From Phoronis australis (Eukaryota; Animalia; Phoronida), in NCBI GenBank assembly GCA_002633005.1, contig NMRA01000056.1, forward strand, positions 567,165 to 631,164: a DNA stretch of 64,000 nucleotides. The letters run 5' to 3'. The notes below the pieces were generated by a model. The model did no database searches. It worked only from the letters and a program-made list of their open reading frames with translations, and was not told the DNA's origin. Below, piece after piece: positions 24,201 through 36,200 of the stretch (position 1 is its first letter; every line of letters begins with the position of its first letter). The position numbers and the translations under genes are program-made.

Positions 24201-27200
24201 TCCTACCTACAAGCGTCACATCAAGAAATTGTCGTTTCTCCATTTTTCAAAGGCTGATTACTTTACTGTAAATAATGACAAATTTACTCAAAAAATTGTT
24301 GACATCTACACAGTACAAATTGTAATAGGCTGAAATTCCTCAATCTCTATTTTGTGGAGAAGTTTGACAAAATGGAATTTCAATTGTCGGCCATATTGTG
24401 TGCAGAGCAAGTGAAGAACTACAGTAATTGAATTTTTATATTTTATATTCAGCTTGGAAAACACGTTTTCAAGTTCAGTGCGGTTTTAGTGCATGCGTTG
24501 TTTGTGTGTGTATCCATTCAATAAAGAAATAAACAATTGCCAGTTGTGTCTGCAACGATATTGTTGTGGTATTTTCTGCATGGTCAAAACTGGCCTAAAT
24601 TTCTATATGATTTATGAGTGATTAGAAGGACTCACTTGACAATGTGTCCATTGTTTGACGAAACATGTTCATTAAAATGTTTTCACTGAGCTGTGTTGTA
24701 CTACAGGTGGACTATTAATCATTTCTCCTGACAAACTGATAGCTGCAGTTGTCAAATTAAGCATTGCACAAGAGCTGCTACGTTACTGTGACTGGCGTGG
24801 ATGCACACGCCGCAAATTTTTCACCAGCTACAGTCTAATAATTCACACAAAAGTTTTAGAGATCTTTGTCAAAATGTTTCTAATTACTTGGAGATTGAGT
24901 GAAATTTCTTAGAGCGTGCGCCTTTATCCTGTTGACCTATATTTTGAACATCTGTATTCGAAGAATACCCTTCCATTGTAACACGATGAATGTCAATTTT
25001 TTTGTTTAATTTTGCAAAAAAACTACTAAGATAAACACTTCTTGTTTTTATTGTTATAGTGTGGTCAGATTAGGCAATAGTCATACCGGTATAACGCGCC
25101 CACATTTTGAGAACCAGTTTGATGCCATTATTCAGGACTGCTTTTCAAAATGGAAGCATCTTAGGTCTGACTATTACCGTTAGATAGGAACTCAAAAGTG
25201 TTATTTTTGGTCTGATCAGCCACTTCATTCTTTAATCTCTTAAATTAAGGGTGGTCATGTTTGACCTTCAGCAGCTAGGTGTAACTTGGAAAGACAATTC
25301 TGACATTAATGTTCCAATGTTTTTTCTCTGCTAACATGAAGATGTTTGTTGATGGAGCTTGAAACACAAGTATACAGCCATTCAATGCAAATTAGTATTG
25401 TCCAATTCATCTCATTGAGAATCACAAAATTCCTCAGGTGGCACTCAGGTGAAACAATCATTATTCCTGTACATGGTTAAATGTCACTAATTGAGGACAC
25501 AATATGGTGAACTGTTGAAATTTTAGTTTTCTCTTATTTTTCATTAGTGGAATGCAGTACCAGAATGATACTTTGCTGTATTCAAGTTCTGTACTACAGC
25601 TACCAACGGACAGTATTTTGAAAAAATTGCGGGCATTCACAACAATGTGGGAAGACCTTGAAGAAATTTTGGCAATTATTTTTGTCCGAAATTGGTGAGA
25701 TTTTACCATAAACACTTGTGTTCAGGTAGTCCCGTGGGACACTTCCCACCAGGTGGTCACGTGGAAAACTTCTTACAAACGCTTTGACGCTGGTGAACTG
25801 TTGTCTGCTCGCATTCTCTTCAGGTTGTAGAAAGGACCCGTTCTTCATATGTACTGCCAAGTGATCATTGATCTCGTCATTTGTTACTTTAAGTTGTTCT
25901 CTCGGATTGTTTATTTACCCTGAAACTTGTTCTTTCAGACTCGTGGAGCAAGTTCTCAGACGAAATCATCTTGAGTATATTTAGCTGGTTGCCCAAGCCA
26001 GTTTTAGTCAAGTGTGCTCAAGTATGTCGACGGTGGAAAAGGCTCTCGTGAGTACAACTGAGGCACTGTGGTAGTGATGAAAACCTGCCGTGCCCTGCCT
26101 CAGTGGAAAGGTTGCGCTAAGCAATAGTGATTCCAACACCAGAACAGTTTAGAATATCAAACAGAATATTTGCAACAGTGTCGTGATTTCTTAAAGTCAA
26201 ATTTGTAGATTTTGGTGTGTATATTTCCTGTCTGGTACAAAGTGAAACAGGTGATCATTATTGTTTTCGAATGTTAAAATACTAATGGAAGAATTCTTGG
26301 TGTTATCTGAAAGAGGGATTATAATTGGTGTGAATTATAGACAAGAAGCTTTGGTTTTAGGTTTAGCAATCAAAAAGGAATCTAATGTAATTTTATATTG
26401 GATTTTATATTATATTTGTGTCTGAGTATAAAAATATACTATGTTTTCATCATTTTGACTAAAAACAGAATATTTCATCCAGAGATACAATTTAATAAAA
26501 AAAATCAATTCATGAGCAACTGGCTAAAAACCACCTTTTGCATACAACACCCAAGTTATTGCTTATGTATGGGGATGGTGTGCATGTGCGTGTGTTGTTG
26601 TCGTCGCAAGCCACTTTAAAGCACTTTGTGCACATCAGCTAAGACCGGATTTACGACTTTTTTGTTGTGGCGTGACAGTTTCTAGTGTGTGAAAAGTACC
26701 TTTACCTAAGTCAAACATTTTACATCAAACCGTAATTTTTGGATCATTAGACGTTTTTGGAAATAAGAGATTTCTGTCCAACCAAAGTTACAAGTGAATT
26801 TAAAAAGGCCTTACTTAAGCTCAATTTTTGCCATTAATGATTGGCGGACGAAGTCTCCATCGCATACATTTGAATGATTGGCAGATGAAGTCTCTATCGC
26901 ATACATTTGCAGGTTTGATGAATTTTTATGGAAACGTCTGGATGTAAGCAACACTTCACTGAAAGCTGGAGTGTTGGGAAGGATCCTGCTTCGTGGGGTA
27001 CACGTGCTGCGTACTGCTAAGTCAGAAATACACGCGCCCATCCACACAGACTTTCAAACGTCTAGTTGGAGTGAAAGGTTGGTGTCTAGCAAATATGGCT
27101 TTGCCAAGTAGTTACTTGAGTCACTTTAAGGGAAAAGCAACCAGTTTTATGCTACCTTTAAAAATGCATATCTAGAGATTTTGTTAAGTGCCAGCCATCG

Positions 27201-30200
27201 GACTGGGTCCAATTTATTTTTAGAATGTCGGATGGATTTTACTTAGTCCAGACATTTGCCCGATTCATTTCAAGAACAGTGCAGACAGGATCGGCTCCCT
27301 TTGTCCCTCATGTTTGTCGCGAACATGACGATTCGAGGCAAAGAACCAACTGATTTTTACACTTCAAGACAATTGTTCAGGATGTAGAGAAAATAGCAAA
27401 ATCTGCATATCCCTGGATACCTTGTAGAAACATTGTTCTGTGTTAATTACAGCGAGTATGTACTATCCATGAAACAATAGATAGTGATGTCATCAGCTCA
27501 ACAAAGGATCAGCATCGTGTGCCTGCATTCATGTCCTATACTCTATTGTCCTATACTCTCTGCACGTCATTTGTGTTTGCTCAATGAGAGTGAATGCAGG
27601 CACAAGACGTTGGCCCTTTGTTGGGCCGATGACATCACTTCCTATTGATCCATGAATGGTACATACTCGCTAAAGAAACAGTTTGTAATTAAAACAGAAC
27701 AATGTCTATACAAGGTAACCAGGGATATGTACTTTGATGGTAACACAGAAAATGGTTGTACCTCCCTATTGTTTTCAAGTTGACAACACTAATGTGACAT
27801 TCTATGTTGTATCAAAAATGGTTGCATGTTGTTTGATAAAATATGTGTTTGTTGGGCTTGAGTTTTTGGTGAAGGTTTCATGATTTAAATTACAAGTGAA
27901 TTACATGATTATCTAATAAGGGCACGTATTTGATGTTTGTATCCATGGCAACACATTGTGCGACATGAATGATGTCAAGAATGAGTCTATGTTGTTAGTT
28001 CAGTGTTTACTAATTATAATCATTAATCATGGATGTAATTTGAAGGCCCTCAAGCTGCATTTTTGTGTCATATGACAATTGTGCTAAAGAAGACATGTAT
28101 TGAGTTTATGGGTGTGTGGCCTTGGACGCAATTTTGATGATATAAAAAAGAGACTGATTACCAGTTTTGATTTCTTGGTTACTTTCCTGTAGTTTCTTTT
28201 TATAAATTTAACCTGGTTGGCATAATTTTCCAATACAATTTGTGCGTTCTGTTCTGTACTGAGTTATGTACTTATCCAAGAAATTTAAATGGACCTCAAA
28301 TGTTTTGGAAAGTGGGTCTATTTTGGAAAGTGGGTCTGTTTTGGAAAGTGGGTCAATGTTCGGAAGTGTAGGGCAAACACTAAGCGTTTGTCCCCCAGTG
28401 AAAAATATTGCATACAAACTTTTCCATCTCTTGTTCATGTAGGTTTTACAAAGTGCAATACCTAGATCTGTCTATGGCTACCGTCTCCGTAGCGACCCTG
28501 GAGGCGCTATTCAAGAAGTGCCGTCACCTGCGTAAGATCAGTCTGGAGCAGTGTGAGCTCAGTAGTGCCATGTTAGAACACATCAGTGAAAACACTGAGC
28601 TAGAAGTGGTCAACCTGTCCATGTGTAAAGGTATCACCATCGAAGGCATGTTAGCCTTGGTCAAGTGTAGCAAGTAAGCCCATTTTGATTATTACTGCAT
28701 TGTTTGTTGATAACTGAAGAGATGTACCGAGAGTGAGATTTTGCGTTTATATCTTGCGTTCACGACAAGTGCTGCTATTATGTTAGTACATCTATGTGAC
28801 TGCGTATTTCAATAACAAANNNNNNNNNNNNNNNNNNNNNNNNNNNNNNNNNNNNNNNNNNNNNNNNNNNNNNNNNNNNNNNNNNNNNNNNNNNNNNNNN
28901 NNNNNNNNNNNNNNNNNNNNNNNNNNNNNNNNNNNNNNNNNNNNNNNNNNNNNNNNNNNNNNNNNNNNNNNNNNNNNNNNNNNNNNNNNNNNNNNNNNNN
29001 NNNNNNNNNNNNNNNNNNNNNNNNNNNNNNNNNNNNNNNNNNNNNNNNNNNNNNNNNNNNNNNNNNNNNNNNNNNNNNNNNNNNNNNNNNNNNNNNNNNN
29101 NNNNNNNNNNNNNNNNNNNNNNNNNNNNNNNNNNNNNNNNNNNNNNNNNNNNNNNNNNNNNNNNNNNNNNNNNNNNNNNNNNNNNNNNNNNNNNNNNNNN
29201 NNNNNNNNNNNNNNNNNNNNNNNNNNNNNNNNNNNNNNNNNNNNNNNNNNNNNNNNNNNNNNNNNNNNNNNNNNNNNNNNNNNNNNNNNNNNNNNNNNNN
29301 NNNNNNNNNNNNNNNNNNNNNNNNNNNNNNNNNNNNNNNNNNNNNNNNNNNNNNNNNNNNNNNNNNNNNNNNNNNNNNNNNNNNNNNNNNNNNNNNNNNN
29401 NNNNNNNNNNNNNNNNNNNNNNNNNNNNNNNNNNNNNNNNNNNNNNNNNNNNNNNNNNNNNNNNNNNNNNNNNNNNNNNNNNNNNNNNNNNNNNNNNNNN
29501 NNNNNNNNNNNNNNNNNNNNNNNNNNNNNNNNNNNNNNNNNNNNNNNNNNNNNNNNNNNNNNNNNNNNNNNNNNNNNNNNNNNNNNNNNNNNNNNNNNNN
29601 NNNNNNNNNNNNNNNNNNNNNNNNNNNNNNNNNNNNNNNNNNNNNNNNNNNNNNNNNNNNNNNNNNNNNNNNNNNNNNNNNNNNNNNNNNNNNNNNNNNN
29701 NNNNNNNNNNNNNNNNNNNNNNNNNNNNNNNNNNNNNNNNNNNNNNNNNNNNNNNNNNNNNNNNNNNNNNNNNNNNNNNNNNNNNNNNNNNNNNNNNATT
29801 GACCGTTCCCACCTAAGTTAAGCTAAGTAACGAATGTTATGCTGGTGGAGTACAGGTTCCATGGGAAAACTGTTTTAGAGAAGTGATGTAAACAGTGCAA
29901 AAAAAGCCTCCACCTTGTGCCTAAATTCATTTGTATTCATTGAGCAAGCACAGTGACAGGTACAGACTATGTTTGATAATGATGCAGTCATGATGTTGGC
30001 TCGGACGGCCAATTATACTGTAAATGATGCTGTCTAATATCTTTCCAATTAATTTTCATTTCAAGTATAGTTGCATTCCTCTTCGAAATGAATAGGTGGT
30101 CAGTTCATTCTACAAGCCAATGACAAGCTAAAGAAGAAAACAGCAGGGAAATTAAACAAAGCAATTCAAGTTGGAAAATTGTCGATAACAAGCAACATTG

Positions 30201-33200
30201 ACTTGCCCTTTCGATAAATTTTGCCTTATGTCTGCAGGCACCAAAAGTGCCCACTTTAAAGCGAAGCCACATGGTGCAAGAAGTCGGCGAGGAAACGCCG
30301 GTCAAGTGGGTGCCACCTCACAACGACGGGGACGGCTGTTTTATATGTAAACGACCACGGCGAGAGATTGCTCAAGGCGATGGTAATGATATATGTTTTG
30401 TGTTCAACGTTTTCTCACCTTACACTCGTGGACTTGCAGTTATTTGGTTGCCGTCTGTCCTAGAAAATCTCATTTGGTCCTACAAGCGTCACATGATCAA
30501 GAAATTGTCGTTTCTCCATTTTTCAAAGGCTGATTACTTTATTGTAAATAATGAAAATTTTACTCATAAAATTGTTGACATCTACACAGTACAAATTGCA
30601 ATAGGCTGAAATTCCTCAATCTCTATTTTGTGGAGAAATTTGACAAAATGGAATTTCAATTGTGGGCATATTGTGTGCAGAGTAAGTGAAGAACTACAAT
30701 AATTAAATTATTTTATATTCAGCTTGGAAAACACGTTTTCAAGTTCAGTGCGGTTTTAGTGCATGCGTTGTTTGTGTGTGTGTGTCCATTCAATAAAGAA
30801 ATAAACAATTGCCAGTTGTGTCTGCAACGATATTGTTGTGGTATTTTCTGCATGGTCAAAACTGGCCTAAATTTCTAGATGATTTATGAGTGATCAGAAG
30901 GACTCACTTGACAATGTGTCCATTGTTTGACGAAACATGTTCATTGAAATGTTTTCACAGAGCTTTTGTCAAGTGTACTCCAACTGGGCTATTAATCATT
31001 GTTCCTTACAAACTGATAGCTGCAGTTGTCAAATTAAGCATTGCACAAGAACTGCTACGTTACTGTGACTGGCGTGGATGCACACGCCACAAAATTTTCA
31101 CCAGCTACAGTTTAATAATTCACACAAAAGTTTTAGAGATCTTTGTCAAAATGTTTCTAATTACTTGGAGATTGAGTGAAATTTCTTAGAGTGTGCGCCT
31201 TTATCCTGTTGACCTACATTTTGAACATCTGTATTCGAAGAATACCCTTCCATTGTAACACGATGAATGTCAATTTTTTTGTTTAATTTTGCAAAAAAAA
31301 ACTACTAACTTAAAGATAAACACTTCTTGTTTTTATTGTTATAGTGTGGTCAGATTAGGCAATGGTCATACCGGTATAACGTGCCCACATTTTGAGAACC
31401 AGTTTGATGCCATTATTCAGGACTGGTTTTCAAAATGGAAGCATCTTAGTTCTGACTATTACCGTTAGATAGGAACTCAAAAGTGTTATTTTTGGTCTGA
31501 TCAACCACTTCGTTCTATCTCTTAAATTAAGGGTGGTCATGTTTGACCTTCAGAAGCTAGGTGTAACTTGGAAAGACAATTCTGACATAAATGATCCAAT
31601 ATTCTTTCTCTGCTAACATGCAGATGTTTGTTGATGGAGCTTGAAACACAAGTATACAGCCATTCAATGCAAATTAGTATTGTCCAATTCATTGCATTGA
31701 GAATCCCAAAGTTACTCAGGTGGCACTGGTGAAACAATCATTATTCCTGTACATGGTTAAATCTCACTAATTGAGGACACAATATGGCAAACTATTGAAA
31801 TTTTAGTTTTCTCTTATTTTTCATAAATGGAATGCAGAACCAGAATGATGCTTTGTCGTATTCAAGTTCTGTACTACAGCTACCAACGGACAGTATTTTG
31901 AAAAAATTGCGGGCATTCACAACAATGTGGGAAGACCTTGAAGAAATTTTGGCAATTATTTTTGTCCGAAATTGGTGAGATTTTGCCATAAACACTTGTG
32001 TTCAGGTAGTCATGTGGGACACTTCCCACCAGGTGGACACGTGGAAAACTTCTTACAAACACTTTGACGCTGGTGAACTGTTGTCTGCTCGCATTCTCTT
32101 CAGGTTGTAGAAAGGACACGTCCTTCATATGTACTGCCAAGTGATCATTGACCTCGTCATTTGTTACTTTAAGTTGTTCTCTCGGATTGTTTATTTACCC
32201 TGAAACTTGTTCTTTCAGACTCGTGGAGCAAGTTCTCAGACGAAATCATCTTGAGTATATTTAGCTGGTTGCCCAAGCCAGTTTTAGTCAAGTGTGCTCA
32301 AGTGTGTCGACGGTGGAAAAGGCTCTCGTGAGTACAACTGAGGCACTGTGGTAGTGATGAAAACCTGCCGTGCCCTGCCTCAGTGGAAAGCTTGCGCTAA
32401 GCAATAGTGATTCCAACACCAGAACAGTTTAGAATATCAAACAGAATATTTGCAACAGTGTCGTGATTTCTTAAAATCAAATTTGTAGATTTTGGTGTGT
32501 ATATTTCCTGTCTGGTACAAAGTGAAACAGGTGATCATTATTGTTTTCGAATGTTAAAATACTAATGGAAGAATTATGGGTATTGTCTGAAAGAGGGATT
32601 ATAATTGGTGTGAATTATAGACAAGAAGCTTTGGTTTTAGGTTTAGCAATCAAAAGGGAATATAATGTAGTTTTATATTGGATTATGTATTATATTTGTG
32701 TCTGAGTATAAAAATATACTATGTTTTCATCATTTTGACTAAAAACAGAATATTTCATCCAGAGATACAATTTAATAAAAAAAATCAATTCATGAGCAAC
32801 TGGCTAAAAACCACCTTTTGCATACAACACCCAAGTTATTGCTTATGTATGGGGATGGTGTGCATGTGCGTGTGTTGTTGTCGTCGCAAGCCACTTTAAA
32901 GCACTTTGTGCACATCAGCTAAGACCGGATTTACGACTTTTTTGTTGTGGCGTGACAGTTTCTAGTGTGTGAAAAGTACCTTTACCTAAGTCAAACATTT
33001 TACATCAAACCGTAATTTTTGGATCATTAGACGTTTTTGGAAATAAGAGATTTCTGTCCAACCAAAGTTACAAGTGAATTTAAAAAGGCCTTACTTAAGC
33101 TCAATTTTTGCCATTAATGATTGGCGGACGAAGTCTCCATCGCATACATTTGAATGATTGGCAGATGAAGTCTCTATCGCATACATTTGCAGGTTTGATG

Positions 33201-36200
33201 AATTTTTATGGAAACGTCTGGATGTAAGCAACACTTCACTGAAAGCTGGAGTGTTGGGAAGGATCCTGCTTCGTGGGGTACACGTGCTGCGTACTGCTAA
33301 GTCAGAAATACACGCGCCCATCCACACAGACTTTCAAACGTCTAGTTGGAGTGAAAGGTTGGTGTCTAGCAAATATGGCTTTGCCAAGTAGTTACTTGAG
33401 TCACTTTAAGGGAAAAGCAACCAGTTTTATGCTACCTTTAAAAATGCATATCTAGAGATTTTGTTAAGTGCCAGCCATCGGACTGGGTCCAATTTATTTT
33501 TAGAATGTCGGATGGATTTTACTTAGTCCAGACATTTGCCCGATTCATTTCAAGAACAGTGCAGACAGGATCGGCTCCCTTTGTCCCTCATGTTTGTCGC
33601 GAACATGACGATTCGAGGCAAAGAACCAACTGATTTTTACACTTCAAGACAATTGTTCAGGATGTAGAGAAAATAGCAAAATCTGCATATCCCTGGATAC
33701 CTTGTAGAAACATTGTTCTGTGTTAATTACAGCGAGTATGTACTATCCATGAAACAATAGATAGTGATGTCATCAGCTCAACAAAGGGTCAGCATCTTGT
33801 GCCTGCATTCATGTCCTATACTCTATTGTCCTATACTCTCTGCACGTCATTTGTGTTTGCTCAATGAGAGTGAATGCAGGCACAAGACGTTGGCCCTTTG
33901 TTGGGCCGATGACATCACTTCCTATTGATCCATGAATGGTACATACTCGCTAAAGAAACAGTTTGTAATTAAAACAGAACAATGTCTATACAAGGTAACC
34001 AGGGATATGTACTTTGATGGTAACACAGAAAATGGTTGTACCTCCCTATTGTTTTCAAGTTGACAACACTAATGTGACATTCTATGTTGTATCAAAAATG
34101 GTTGCATGTTGTTTGATAAAATATGTGTTTGTTGGGCTTGAGTTTTTGGTGAAGGTTTCATGATTTAAATTACAAGTGAATTACATGATTATCTAATAAG
34201 GGCACGTATTTGATGTTTGTATCCATGGCAACACATTGTGCGACATGAATGATGTCAAGAATGAGTCTATGTTGTTAGTTCAATGTTTACTAATTATAAT
34301 CATTAATCATGGATGTAATTTGAAGGCCCTCAAGCTGCATTTTTGTGTCATATGACAATTGTGCCAAAGAAGACATGTATGAGTTTATGGGTGTGTGGCC
34401 TTGCACGCAATTTTGATGAGATAAAAAAGAGACTGATTACCAGTTTTGATTTCTTGGTTACTTTCCTGTAGTTTCTTTTTATAAATTTAACCTGGTTGGC
34501 ATAATTTTCCAATACAATTTGTGCGTTCTGTTCTGTACTGAGTTATGTACTTACCCAAGAAATTTAAATGGACCTCAGATGTTTTGGAAAGTGGTCTGTT
34601 TTGGAAAGTGGGTCTGTTTTGGAAAGTGGGTCAATGTTCGGAAGTAAGGGCAAACACTAAGCGTTTGTCCCCCAGTGAAAAATATTGCATACAAACTTTT
34701 CCATCTTATGTAGGTTTTACAAAGTGCAATACCTAGATCTGTCTATGGCTACCGTCTCCGTAGCGACCCTGGAGGCGCTATTCAAGAAGTGCCGTCACCT
34801 GCGTAAGATCAGCCTGGAGCAGTGTGAGCTCAGTAGTGCCATGTTAGAACACATCAGTGAAAACACTGAGCTAGAAGTGGTCAACCTGTCCATGTGTAAA
34901 GGTATCACCATCGAAGGCATGTTAGCCTTGGTCAAGTGTAGCAAGTAAGCCCATTTTGATTATTACTGCATTGTTTGTTGATAACTGAAGAGATGTACCG
35001 AGAGTGAGATTTTGCGTTTATATCTTGCGTTCACGACAAGTGCTGCTATTATGTTAGTACATCTATGTGACTGCGTATTTCAATAACAAAATTGGTTTCA
35101 TTTTGTTTTTTGCATTTGTGAAAAGAAATAATCACGTTTTGAAACAGGGAAGTTGTTTCATCTAATTTTGTCATGATTGTATGAATATTCAGGGTGGATC
35201 ATACTGTATTTTGTTGTGTCCACTTGTTCAGGCTAGTTGAACTACACGACTCACAGAGCTGTACACTCAGATCACTGACTCACAGACACGTCCCCTCATT
35301 CACAAAACATGGCTTACACACCCAATATCCACAGTTCCTGGGTCACAAACAGAGCTCCGGCTCATGTAAACACGACTCCCAGACTCTTCACTGCGGCTTA
35401 ACACATTATTGTGAGTCAGTGAACCGCGTTTTGGGTGCATGGCTGTGTTTTTAGAATAAACGTTTTCAGTTTACAGGTCTGCGAGCCATGCTCATAATTG
35501 TGCCATGTTGTTTGGGTAGCCTGTTTTAACTTTTTCACTGACAAGCTTTTTGGAACTGCATTTCCCACTGCCAATTAAGTTTTGAGGAAACTTAAAAAGA
35601 GAGTGTAACTACTAAAAATGTTTACGAAATTGTTATATGCATGCACACTGCCTCGTGATATTTTAAAATTACAAAATCTTAATTCAAAATTTGTGAGGAA
35701 TAGAAAAACTGTATGAATAGTGAAGGGTTTTGGTTGAAACACCTTACAGATGTATCTGCATGCTCCTAACTATACTCATGTATAGCTGGAACTAAACAAC
35801 AAATGTTATATGAACATCATCTACGCAGTTGTATTCACTGACAACTTGTGAATTTGAAAACAAAAAAAAAATCTGCAAATATGTGGCCTTTGCACTAATG
35901 GCCTACCTTGGGGCCTCACATAACCCGCATCATGCGGTGTAATTCCGCAACACCACGTCACGATACTTACTGGATACAGTTGAGTGATTTACAGCAGATC
36001 GTTTCGGGCACAAAACTCGTTCTTAAAAACATTTGCTAAATCTTCGACCCACTTCATATTCACGCCGTCGCTATGTGTTGTGTTTCTAACTAATATGACC
36101 AAGCAATCACAGAGATAAGGAATCAGTGTGTAAGTCCCACTTTGAATGTTGATATCTCCCATGAACTTAAGATTATGTTAATCAAGTACCCAGTTCACTG

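Noticed and set aside
28778-29821. 341-344 aa ORFs in the ORF track
   Set aside because: They are translations of the N-gap.
23522-35090. A real SKP2 with a duplicated F-box/LRR block or mutually exclusive exon cassettes
   Set aside because: Copies abut a gap, encode the same protein, and tandem inclusion would frameshift; haplotype artefact is more likely.
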